A stretch of 64,000 bases of DNA, taken from contig JANJGN010000022.1 in assembly GCA_026770705.1 (NCBI GenBank), positions 15,500,001-15,564,000 of the forward strand, given 5' to 3'. Positions 12,481 to 24,627 of this stretch are shown piece after piece. The number at the start of each line of letters is the position of its first letter. Position 1 is the first letter of the stretch. The stretch comes from Isurus oxyrinchus (lineage: Eukaryota). The notes under the pieces are model-generated. The model searched no databases. It was not told where the DNA came from and was given only the letters and a program-made list of their open reading frames with translations. The position numbers were made by a program, and so were the translations under genes.

Positions 12481-13891
12481 GTTACACAGACCCCATTCAC
12501 TAGGGAATTATCTATATAGCTCACACATGCAAGATATTTTGATCTTGAGGTAGACGTCTAGAGGAACAGAATTTTGCATGTGAGTTTCCTATGAATACAG
12601 GAGAATTGGTTAGCATCCATTTCAACTGTGGGAGAAAAATTTTGCCTCAGCAATTCATTCATTTTACCGAACTAAGACCATCATTAGCAGCAAATTCATA
12701 CATATAGACCTCAGGCACAGGAACCTCCTTATCCATTCACATAAACATCAGCGAAGGACATTCTATCTCCCAGAATTTATAAAATGTTGGATCTTTGGTT
12801 GATTTTCCATTGTTAAACAAATTTTGCCACCTCTTTTTTCCGAGGAGTTCTATGGATTTATGCATGGGATAATGGTTGGCACCCCCTAAGACATCTTTGC
12901 ATACAGTATATACAAAGCTTCAAATGTCTTTCTTTCCCAATTAGAGTTAGAGTTCATGAAGGTGCGGGTAAGTAATCAACTGCAATCCTCTGAAAAATCC
13001 TTTGCACATGATGTAGTTGACGTTCTTCCATCTATTTTTCCCACTTTTCATCATCCTGACAAATCTTATATGATAAAACGTCACCCCAGATTACAGTCAT
13101 GAAAACCAGACACTGCAAAAGGCTCCCATGGGGGTCTTGGGCCATCAGTGGTACCAGTTGCAGGAGCAGCTGTCTCGAGATTATTGCCTTTGGTTTTTTT
13201 TATCTGTGGTTGCTTTCAAGTCCTGCATGACTACTGCCAGAAAGAACTGCAAGTGTCACTTCGAATCAGGAACTGCAGAGTGGTGAGATCCAGATACCTC
13301 ATACTTAAGATATGAAATTCTTTGAGAAGCTTTCTGTGTTATTTTTGTTTTGCAATATTTTGTTGTAAAACACTCATTAATAATACCTACAAGGATTTCA
13401 ATCAAGAGGCTTTGGCCTGGGCTGCAGAGCATAAGATTAGTCATAATCAGAAACATAACACGTTTCTAACTAAATCATGGAATATTATCAGGCAAGGCAA
13501 GTAGCAAGGATAATCTTTATGTCTCAATAAAGATTATAAGGATCTTTATATATCTTACTTTTATGGCACATGGTAAGTGTTGGATTATTTTTATGGGCTT
13601 TTTAGAGCTCATTATTCTACTAGTTCTTATTTTTAATGTGTTTGAAAGAATGAGGAAAGTTTTGCACTTATATGGACTAGGACTAAAACAGAGTGAGTCG
13701 TTGCTGTGACATGGCAACATCAGCATGTTTGTATCTGTGATGTGAGGTGAACCCGGGCTCACTAATAGTAGAATAAATAGTGGCCATAGACCCAGATGGA
13801 GCTGGGAGACCACAGGGACTGTCAAAAAAGTCAGGCAGACAGAAGCAAAGGGGGTTGAGTGCTTCCAGCCAATGACTGCTGCATGGAAAAC

Positions 13892-16171
13892 ATGGGTCCT
13901 GAAAGGCAAGAAGACTGCAGCCCCCCCAGTTTAATGATGCGTCTCTCAAGTACCTTTTGGACACAGTGGAGGTTCAGCATGATGTCCCCTACTCTTGCCG
14001 CAGGAGGGGCAGCTACATCACTAACCCAACATGGGAGTCAGTGGCAGCAGTGGTCAGTGCTAACCCCCTGCAAAAGAGGTCAGCCACCCAGTGTTGAAAA
14101 AGGATCGACGAACTCCTCCATTCAACCAGAATGAGTCACTTTCCTCATCACTCTCAACTCTCACACACACACACACACAAACATATCACACATCCTCAGG
14201 GGTCTCACTCACTGCCAGTTTAAGGGACATCACTGTTCACTCTCTCACACACACCTTCATTGTCCTCATCCCATCCATGGGACCACTCACCACTCACACA
14301 GGCCAGGCATACTTATCATTTGGCCTGACAGGTGTCCTGCTTACACTTTCTCCATCTCTATTCAGGACAAGCTGGCACACAACAAAAGGGAGAGGTCACA
14401 GACCGATGGAGGATTGCCTGAAATCTAGGTCCTGATGAACTTTGAAAACAGAGCCATCCAGCTGGTTGGTGAGGATCTGGATCAGTCCTGTGCTGACAGT
14501 GAGGTCAGCAGTGCTTTACCAAGTGAGCAACATCCAGCAGACAACTATGCCATGAGTGATGTGTATTGTTCTGCAGTCCCTTGCCATGCACTAATTATCT
14601 CTCCTTGCTTCCGCAGTACATCTGCCAAACAGCTGATGGAGTCCACTATCCAGAGCCTCCAATCAAGCCCCAAAGAAACCGCTGAAGAGGAATCTAAAGG
14701 CACCTTCATTGAAGACCCTCCACCAGTGCAGAGACACACACTTCGGTGGGACCTAGCTTTAGAATCACTTCAGGATCACAATCTGGTGAGCATGTCACAC
14801 TTTCTGATCCACAGCAGGGGGCAGCAGAGACTTCCTTGCTTTCTGGCACTCAGAGGATTGCTGGAAGCCAGAAATATGCTGAGGCCAAATCAGATGATGA
14901 GCCTCTGGACTCGGTCATGTCTCAGTTGCTGGAGCTGCAAAGGCAAGCTTGGGAACATCAGGAAGGGATGTTTGCTGCACTCCTCAGATTGCAACGCACG
15001 ATGGAGGAGTCTGTCCACCTTCAGGCTGAGGTGATAGTGCTGGCATGCCAACGCATTGGGGTCAACACTGGTAGGGTGGCGGCCGCCATGGAGACTTTGG
15101 TCCAAGGCATCAGTTCTGCACTCTGTGCTCTACGGGCTGTTCCCAGGGACAGACACCGAGACAAACATCAACTGCAGCTGGAGGATCATCAACTCGGTGA
15201 AAGACAATCTTTGGTCTGCCCGAAACTTGTTGGTTTTCCAGCACAAAGAGTTGTCCCCGACCGAGTGTTGCAGACTGGCACATTCCAAAGTCCAGGACTA
15301 CGTGCTGAGGGACACACTAAAACTAGGGGCAGCTGCCATAAAGGCGCAATGGGGAAAGGTCACTGTCTAAGACCTTACTGCTACAGTGCACCGAGGGGCT
15401 GGGAACTGTTGAGAGGCCCTCGGGCTGTACAGCTCACAATGAATGTATGCATTGAATACTAATTGTATTATAATTGTATTGAAGCACCTCAGAGTGCAAC
15501 ATGATGTATGTTGATAACTCCAATACCATTGTCTGATTGTCTGCACTGACCATATTGAAATGACTGTAATATTCATTGATTGTATTGATACACCTCGTGA
15601 TCCATGTGTAGAAGTGGAACCTGATTGTACTTTATGTGATGGCGATTTTGAAATGTTTTGTAATGTTCTTTCAGATATTTTATGAACAAAGTATACTTTT
15701 TAAAAAAAAATCAGTTCTGCACTGCTGTGTGGGCTGAACTCCATTGCTGATTCAATAGTTAGCCTATAACAGTGTGCATATGAGAGGGGTGCCAGGCAGC
15801 TCGATCTCACTCCAGCTACCCCTTCTCAAGGGGTCAGCCAGGGGCCCTCGGGCACCCATAAGGAGGAGGACCAACAGATGCACACTCCAGAGCCGTTCAC
15901 CCAGTGACTCCAGGACTGTCCAGCCCATCCGAATTCCCTCTTCCTATGAGCCCAGCAGCTCCAGCTCCATAGGCTGAGGAAGGTGCCACTGCCATACATC
16001 AGGACCCTGAAAGCAGGCCAGGGCCCTCCAGGTCTCGGCCCTCCACAGCACGTCTGCCAAGGTCATCACAGACAGGGTGTAGCTGTCAGCAGGGCTGCCT
16101 CCATCTCCGCTGTGGATGTCTGTGGAGCAGCAAGTCACAGCAGCAGGGTTAAGAAAGTTAAGAAGATATAG
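13892..16171 (+). pseudogene. Harbinger Myb/SANT-like DNA-binding protein pseudogene with 3 exons
   Basis: Exon 1 translates 'FNDASLKYLLDTVEVQHDV...WESVAAVVSANPLQKRSATQC*KRIDELL' (Myb/SANT-like). Intron acceptors at TTCAG|14366 and CGCAG|14617, donor |GTGAGC at 14523. Ends ..RVKKVKKI* at 16171, AATAAA near 16225. Has stops, frameshifts and a Tx1 insertion. Confidence 0.75.
15123..15710 (+). mobile_element. Tx1 LINE 3' fragment inserted in the Harbinger Myb gene
   Basis: Closely matches 6590-7177 (LYGLFPGT.TETNINCSWRIINSVKD.LWSARNLLVFQ). Poly(A) at 15702-15710. Perfect 14-bp TSD ATCAGTTCTGCACT (15109-15122 / 15710-15723). Confidence 0.9.
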
Positions 16172-16839
16172 TTGCACAGTCTGGGCATGGGTGTTAATCA
16201 CTTGTACAGAATGTTCACTATTGCAAATAAACTCCCAAGGATGTCTCCCTGCCTACGGCTGCTTGTTCTGATGAGCAGTGTTTACGTCACTCAGATCAAG
16301 GCAGGTGTCTCAGTCCAGGGCCTCTTCCCTATGCTTTGCATAACCTTCAGACAAAAGTGATGGTCCAGCCTCACACTCACCAGACACATTACTGATGCTT
16401 GCACCTTGATGGTACTTGTCATTACAGGTGTCACCAAGTTCTGTCATTCTCTCTGTGTGCTCTCAGCACCTTTAAAGTGGGGCTGGCCCCCATCTCTTCA
16501 GCATCTGTGACCAGTGACACTGTGCTCCTGATGGGGCCAGGTGCCGAAGGCAGACAAAGGATCAGGTGCTTTTAAAGTTTCACTGCTGTATGTGATATGT
16601 CCCTGATCACAGAGTGCAAGTGAGCTGTCCTTGGCCAGACAGGAGTCAGACATTCACAGAGGCAAAGTGAAGATCTATGGTGTGTCCTCACTGCATGTCA
16701 TCATCATCCTCCTGGAATCGAGCAACTGCTCCACTGCGTCTCCATGACAGGAGGGTTATCACAGAGGGTATGTGCATTGCCATAAGACAGATTGGAGTCA
16801 AACACTCACTAATGCAATGTGAGGATCTATGGTATCTCC

Positions 16840-18082
16840 TCACTGCATGTCATCATCATCCTCCACAAATCTAACAGCTACGAAGGCCTCCTGAGTTTGT
16901 CTGCCTTGTCTGGCCAGTGCGAGGGCTTCATCGCCATCATTGTTACCTTCAAGGACTTCCTCACCCTCATCTCCATCGATGTCCTCCTCATTGGAGAAGT
17001 CCTCCATCTCCTCCTCAGCCTGCTCATCTCCCCATTGCAGTGCCAGGTTGTAAATGGCGCAGAAGCCGATGACAATGCGTGACACCCTCTGAGGACTGTA
17101 TTGCAGGGCTGCACGAAACCGGTCCAGGCATTAGAACCTCATCTTCAGCAGCCCGATGGTCTGCTCCACCAAGCTGCAAGTTGCAGCATGAGCCTCGTTA
17201 CACCTTCGCTCTGCTGCAGTCTGAGGCCACAGCACGGGTATCATCAGCTACGGCCTCTGTGGGTGGCCCTTGTCCCCGAGGAGACAACCCTGCAGCCTCT
17301 GTGGACCCTGGAAGACATCAGGAGTCTGTGACAAACTGAGAATGTAGGAGTCATGGACAGTCCCTGGGAACCATGCGCAGACCTGCAGGACGCAATTGTG
17401 GTGGTTGCACACCAGCCGAACATTAGGCTAATGGAAGCCCTTGCGATTGACATAGATGACCCCTTGTTGCGATGGAGATCTGAGTGCCGCATGAGTGTAG
17501 TCAATCGCACCCTGCACATGTGGAAAATCTGAGATCTGGGCAAATCCTATTCGCTCTTCCATCCTGGCTCTCTCGGTCCCGGGCAAAATGCATAAAGTTG
17601 TGTGCCCTCACGAAGATGGCATCCATGACCTCATGGATACATTTGTGAGTGGAGGCTTGTGATATCCCACAGAGCTCACCTGTGGAGCCCTGAAAGGAAC
17701 CATTGTCGTAAAAATTGAGCACAGCAGTCACTTTCACGGCCACTGGCAGTGGATGCCCTCCATGTCCCTGTGGTGCCAAATCCTGCAGCAGTTGGCAGAT
17801 GTGACTGACCAGTTCCCTGGGCATGAGCAGTCTTCGGTGACACTGGTTCCCAATTATCTGCAGGAGTTAAAGATGGTGTCTATAGACCTTGGGTCTAGCT
17901 AGGCACAGACCAGCGATGGCTCGCTGTGGCTCTTCAGCAATGTGTGCAGGAGTCCCAGATGCCCATTCTGCTTGAGGGTACTGCTCCTCCCTCTGCACAG
18001 CCAGGAGCCTCAGTTGCTCTCTTCTCCTTCATCTTTGCTCTCTGTGAGCCATGAGGCATACAGCTAGCTCACCAGGCTCCAT
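16840..18082 (-). pseudogene. Harbinger DDE transposase (HARBI1-like) pseudogene
   Basis: Minus strand reads 'LPVAVKVTAVLNFYDNGSFQGSTGELCGISQAS', 'QGAIDYTH', 'NRKGFH', 'PGTVHDSYI', 'LLGDKG' and an acidic tail 'EEEMEDFSNEEDIDGDEGEE..DDDDMQ*'. ATG at 18082; several stops and frameshifts. Confidence 0.9.
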
Positions 18083-21000
18083 GCTCCATGATGCAGAATG
18101 GAAGAGATAAATGCGTGGTTTAGCTTGGGTGTTCTAAGAACCTGTTTGGTTAAATCTGAAGGCCCCTCAATGTTTCCCGGAGAGTGCTGGCCAACATCTG
18201 AATGGCCAAAGATTAGTGCGCTGCATGGCTGCCCGAAACCACACCCACTTCCACCCCACTCCACCTGACCGATTGGTGGTAGCTTCGCCCACTGGACTGC
18301 ATGCTGTGCTCTCAACTCAGGCACAGACATTCTCCTAACCCACACTACAAGGCTGCACTGTTAGCTTGAACCATGGGGGAGACTGATCCAAACCGGGTTG
18401 ATGACATTGCAAGGGGCTGTGCACTGCTCCACGTCCAGCTTTAGCAAGGAGATTGTACAACATGTGTAGTCATCCAACTGTTCTGCGGTCCACTAAAATG
18501 TTCATTAGTTTGCAGTCTGTGTCCAAGGGCTGTAAAGCTCTGGAGCATTTGGTGGCAATTTCGTACCTCTGCGTTGCTTGGGTGGGCGGATAAGCTAGAG
18601 GCCCGACTCCAAGCATGTCAATGTGAACTGCGCCTGAACTACTTCAACTGCAGAAGAATGGTCAATTTATACAAAGTTTGCCTCATGCGTGGCTGCTTCC
18701 CTCTGACACCCCGCACATGCTTGTGCGCTAATATCAACCGTAGTGCAACCCTTGCCCACACCCCCAGCCCCACAAGGGCAGGGCAGCCATGCCCCCTTCC
18801 CCCACCCCTGTCACTTCAATCACAGCGCAGCCCTTGCCCAGGCACCGCACTGTCAGCCAGCCAGGATAAAGTGATTTCCCTGTGCCCTCACCTGAACGTG
18901 CGGCACCTCAACCTTGACGTCCAACAGGCGACCCTGGCGAGCACTGTGGAACGTTACTGTGCACTTACCTCCGAGTTCCCCTTGATGTGCTGCCCGCCAA
19001 GTGCCCGCTTTATATCTGCTGTTGTGAAACACCTCAGCGTGCAACCACATCAATGTGTTCAGATGATCCCAGCGGGCTGGGCTTATAATGATACGTAGGT
19101 ATCTTACAATGAGGCTCCTGACATCCAATGGTGGGAAATGCGGCCCGCAATTGACGGGCAGAGTGGACAATTGCAAGTTGGGTTTCACAACATCGTGAAA
19201 CTGATTTGTGGCCTTCTCACCACATTGTCCGCTCGCGCCGCCAAACACACCCAACACCAGCGGGGACGGAAAATTCCGCTCTAAGATATGACTCGGTATC
19301 AATGTGCTCGTTGTTTAGGATGGTTTAATTTAAAATAAGATCTTTAGTTTTACAAGAGGGAAAATATGTAGTGTTCAACTGTTCTGTGTTTGATTACGTG
19401 AATCTGTTAACAGATCAATGCTCACTGGGCTTGATTGGTTACGCCTGGGTGTGGATTCAGAGAAAAGGAAACAAATTGTAGAAGTTTCTGGAAAGCAAGA
19501 AGCTGGAGCTGTAGCAATGGAGTAAATATTTTAAAGCACAATGAATAGAAACCTGTTACATGCATACATAGAAACTAGTGTCACTCTACATAGATAAAAT
19601 ATACAACAAGGGGTGGGAAGAGGATCATATGGAGTATAAATATCAGCATGGATGGACCTGTTGGGCTAATTGGCCTATTCTGTGTCATAAATCCTCTATA
19701 ATACAGCATTGATGGCATCTGCAGGTTCCACAACTGTGGTGCAGGTCAAAATGTGCATAGGCCAGGCTCCGGCTAGTTCCTACATGAAATATATATCCTA
19801 GAACCTCAATTTCCATAATGCTAAGATCTATTGCCCAAAACAAATGACCCCTTTTGAAATGGAGCTGACTGTTTCAGGCAATAGATCCTTAGCTTGATCA
19901 CTTTTTGAGTCTAATACAGCCCCGTTAATGCCAGATGAAGGCCCTGAAAACAGACTCCCAGGTATTCAGTGTCCATTTCATATGGCAACACTTGAAAGCC
20001 CCATGGAAACCCCAAGTCGGCTTCGCTTTTTAAAACTAACTCATCTTTTGCAATGATATCACGGCTTCTTTCCTGCTTTCTTGCCTTTCCAAAACTAAAC
20101 ATATTCCAAGATTCTTAAAGCTGCACCATATCTGTTATATGTGATTGCTTCCTCAAGCTGTGTCATGGCGAGCATTGGGCATTCCTCTGGGTAAGATGTT
20201 GAAAGCTCCATTACCATGATGCTGGGCAATCTTGCAGCATAGCCAGAAATCCAGTTAGGAGCAGAACACTGGACAACATTGAAGTCATTTAAATCCCTGC
20301 ATTAACTGTTAGCCCAACATGATGAATACCAACAAGAGAGGCTGGAAGTAGATCGATTGCGGTCCATAGTCTCCAAAGCCTGAGAGCATTCATGATAGCT
20401 TCTGTGCCTTGGCCATCCTTCCTGAAGGCTCTGGAGTGGTGACACTCTCTGTGGCAGACTGCAGTTCAATCAGGTCATGATGTATTGCTGCACAGAAGGA
20501 GATTGAGGACTTGGGCATAGTAGTCCCCAAATCCTGCAGGTTGTTTGACACATTCTCTGACCTGTTGATAGTGAGCTACCAAAATGCATTTGCAGGCAGA
20601 GCCTGACTGTTCCAAATCCCTTTTATGCAATAGCTGTGGGAGCTGACTGGTAAACAGAGGTCATCTCCTCTGATTGAGATCAAATAAAAATCATTTTTCA
20701 AGTTTATATTCTTGAGGGAAATAATATTTTAAATGCCCTTTATCATACAAATCGATGAACTATAATCAATTTCTTCCAGTTATAGTCCTTATTTCCAGGT
20801 ATCGTTGCTTGCTGAGAACTCATCTTGTAGGAAGATTTGTAGAATGTTATTGGGGACAATTTTTGATATCTTTGTTAAATGTTCTTTAGATAACGTTGCT
20901 GGAAAGAATCACTGAAATATTAGACCAACCAGGATGAGGAAAATCTAAATTCAACTTATAATTAGTGATTTATTGTGATGTGTGCCCTGTTATCTTTCAG

Positions 21001-21384
21001 ATCAGCTCAGAATCCATTCACTGTCCTCAAAGGAAATTTTGTAATCCTTGCAACAAAATGCTGCAAGTATGAATGGTGTGTATATGTAGATTTTATTTTG
21101 TGATTTTATGCTCCGTCAAATCACTTCCTCTACTGATATCAATACAATCTCTATTACAGGTGCAAGGTGATGTTTTAATCTTCCAACTAAAGTGAGTCTA
21201 TTGGAGACCAATATCAATAAGAGATACTGCAGACATTTTGCCAAGTTCCTTTTGTAATACAAGGTGACTGAAGAAGATTTAATCATGGAACACGTAATGA
21301 AGAAATAATCAATAGTGCCTAACATATGACAGTTTATGTAACCTTCACCTTTTTAAGATGATTATACACTGATCTTCAACAACT

Positions 21385-22750
21385 GAAATTTAACTCCGCT
21401 GCTCAAGAAAGGAGGGAGAGAGAAAACGGAACCACAGGCCAGTAAGCCTGACACCAGTCATCGGGAAATGCTGGAATCTATTATTAAGGAAGTCTAACAA
21501 TGTACTTAGAAAATCATAATATGATCAGACAAAGACAACATGGTTTGACAATAGGGAAATCGTATTTGACAAATTTATTAGAAATGTTTGGGATTAGTAA
21601 GGTGGATAAAGGGGAACCAGTAGATGTAGTATACTTGGATTTCCAAAAGGCATTCGATAATGTGCTACACAAAAAGGTTATTACGTGAGAAATGGGTTCT
21701 TAGAATTGGGGAGAAAATAGGTTAGCATGAATGGAAGATTGGTTAACAGACAGGAAGCAAAGGAATAACTGGGGCATTTTCAAGTTGGCAGGTTGTAACT
21801 ATTGGAGTGTCACAAGGATCAGTACTGAGGCCCCAGCTATATTAATGACTAAGACAAAAAGACTAAGAGTAATGTGCCTAAATTTGCTGATGATGCAATA
21901 CAAACTGGGAATATAAACTGAGGGAATGTAAACAGTGAGGAGGACACAAAAAAGCTGCAAAGTTATATAGAAAGGTAAGACAACAAGATGGTGGATGGAC
22001 TATGCTGTGGGGATGTGTGGCCATAAGAATAGGAAAGCAGAATACTTTTTAAAAGGTGTGCAACTTGTGAATGTTGATGTTCAGAGAGACTTGGGTGTAC
22101 TTGTCCAGGAACACAAAGTTAGCATACAGATACAAAAAGCAATTAAGAAGGCAAATGGCATGTTGGCTTTTATTGTAAGGGGGTTGGAGTACAAGAATAA
22201 AGAATCGCTTCAGGGTTTTGGTGAGACCGCACCTGGAGTACGGTGGTCAGTTTGGACTCCATAGCTAAGAAAGGAGATGACAGGGTTGAGAGGTTTGTCC
22301 TGTGATGAGAGGCTGAGTAAATAGAACCTGTATTCTCTAGAGTTTAGAAGAATGAAAGTGCATTGAAACGTATAAGATTTTGAAATGTGTTGCCAGGATA
22401 GACACTGTCAGGTTCTTTCCCTCGGCTCAGGAATCTAGAACGGGGGGGGCACAGTCTCAGGATAAGGAGCAGATAATTTAGGACTGAGATGACGAAAAAT
22501 TTCTTCACTCAAAGGGTTGTGAATCTTTGGGTTTCTCTACCTCAGGAGGTTGTGCATGCTCCATCATTGAATATATTTAAGGCTCCAATGGACAAATTTT
22601 TGGTCTATCACTCAATTTGGGAGTCAAGTCATATGGGGACTGGGTGGAAAAATGGAGTTCAGGCAGAAGATGAGTCATGATCATATTGAATGATGGAGCA
22701 GGCTCAAGGAGCCATACGATCTACTCCTGCTCCTATTTCTTATGTTCTTA
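21385..22750 (+). mobile_element. CR1 LINE, RT half to 3' tail, decayed
   Basis: ORF remnants 'KSYLTNLLE..VDVVYLDFQKAFD', 'QRDLGVLV..KKANGMLAFI' and 'KNFFTQRVVNLW'. Tail CTCCTGCTCCTATTTCTTATGTTCTTA. Confidence 0.9.
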
Positions 22751-24627
22751 CGTTAACAATGAAATGAATGCTATAAGCCCAGAACAAGAAAGCACTGAGT
22801 TTACAGCCCCACCTCAGGCATTAACCTATTCATGCACTTTGAGAAAATGGTTTCAGGGCCGTCCTATATTTAGCCTGCTATTTTCCATCTCTGTGTAATA
22901 TTCACATCTGTGTGGCATTAAGCCAATCAAAAACACATGAAGTACACATAATCCGACAAAGGCTTTCGCAAGATTATTTAAACAATTAAAAATAAGTAAA
23001 GTAGAACTTGAAACATAATTTGATGGGGAGTGCGGCAAAAGTGTCATGCTTTCAGTCAGTGCCTTTGTTACACTGAAGGAGTTAATCAGCCACCACTTCC
23101 ATTACTTCACTTTCTGATGATTTTGCCTGTATGATTTGTGCAAGTCTTCTGCGTCACAAGCTATTCTTAGCACCTGACACCTCCGCCCAGAACATAAGTC
23201 ACGATTGAACCTCATACATCAACTCACTCCCTTTTTACCATATTAAATTTATGGCAGCCAAATCTTCTAGCCTGCCTGTATGAGGAAAGAAAATACAAAT
23301 GGCCTGTCAGCAAACAACTGATGACATGACTTGTCAAATATAGAAACCCCAATGTCTGCTTGGCAGAAAACCACCAGTGATCTGGAGGCATTGCGTCAGC
23401 ACAGGCAATTTACATTTCCTCCAAAATCTTTTTAAAAAAAGCTTCTTAAATGTCACCATAGAAGCAGCTTAAGTTGAAGTGCCCTAATCAAATATTTTTA
23501 GTGGAACGCTATATAAAATTAGAAAAAAGGCAATTACGGCTGTGTCTCTTCTCTCCAGTTTATCTGGGCAAAACATTATACTGCAATAAATATTTTAGGG
23601 AATAGGTCCTTTCTAATGCTGTTTGCCAGCTTCTTTCTAGCCAACTCTGGTTTTGAAAGCAAAAACACAAGTCTCAACCCACCATTTCGATAAATGTATA
23701 TGAATCCAGAAGAAGCTTCTGGAAGTGATTTTCTGCATTATTCTTTCCAATAAGTCTGAAATAAAATAAAAATACTGTACTTCCTTGAACAAAACCAGGC
23801 GGGACTATTTTTTCAGACAACACATTTGTGCTGGTTGTAACTGGAGACCTGGTTTATTGGAGACATTTTGTTATTCTTTAAAATTGCTGTATATGACTAA
23901 TTTTTCTCAACCGCGAATATGTGCTGACAAATAGGCTAAATTTATTCACAGTGAACGTCTATATTTACAAATAATGAATTAACCCTTTCCTGTAAGGTCA
24001 GCGGTGATGTCAGACACCCGGCATATAGAAAGACCTGTCAGAGCTGGTCATGTGTACCTTTTATGGTGACATCTTAAAATATACCTATACTAAAATACCA
24101 AATTGCTGAGGATTTGTTTTGAACAGGTTTCTAATGAAGAACTAATATTCTGCAGGAAAGAACCTCCAAATTCCAAATGAATATATGACGGTTGAACCAG
24201 TTTTAGATATGGGAAGCACATTCACATATGTTACTGATTTTATTTTACAGAAAAGTAAGATTATCCCTGCTTGAAAACCCGGAGTTAATAATTCTGGATA
24301 TAGTGTTTGCACTGGGCAGCAAGAAGTGCTTTATAGTTCTGGAGATCGCTTCGTTTAGTCTTCTCTTAGAGACAGGGACCCTTATTAAGCTTCAAGGAGG
24401 CACTTTAATCTGTGGACACAGTTAACATCACTCAGGCCCCTCTATCACCTAGTTTATGACACCTGTCCCCTGACTATGTTCTACCTATCACCGTTATGCT
24501 AACACCACAAGTCACAAAAAATCGGCACTTGTAAACAGCCTAATTCTCCATAATATTTTTACATTGAAGATTTAGAGAACAAAAAAGGTCTGGTCCAACC
24601 TATGAACATTATCAAAATCTCTGAAAA

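Larger units (their letters stand above)
13800..19281. mobile_element. PIF/Harbinger DNA transposon, formerly autonomous two-gene type; left end not found
   Basis: Contains a Myb/SANT-like gene (+) and a HARBI1-type transposase (-). Right TIR GGGGACGGAAAATTCCGCTC ends at 19281, followed by TAA, a typical Harbinger target. No matching left TIR seen. Confidence 0.88.

Noticed and set aside
14746-15462. Longest ORF (238 aa) as a novel gene
   Set aside because: It is a chimera: the Harbinger Myb-gene exon reads into an out-of-frame Tx1 insertion bounded by a 14-bp TSD.
18574-19302. ORFs of 174 and 149 aa in the Harbinger subterminal region
   Set aside because: GC-rich sequence with no recognisable motif; the ORFs overlap on opposite strands, consistent with chance.
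21001-21066. Possible + strand exon (TTTCAG|...CAA|GTATGA)
   Set aside because: Splice-like signals only; the translations match no protein I recognise and no compatible partner exons were found.
23947-23975. Cryptic RSS: CACAGTG + 13 nt + ACAAATAAT
   Set aside because: The nonamer matches only 6/9, the spacer is off by one, and there is no adjacent V-like coding sequence; this is expected by chance.
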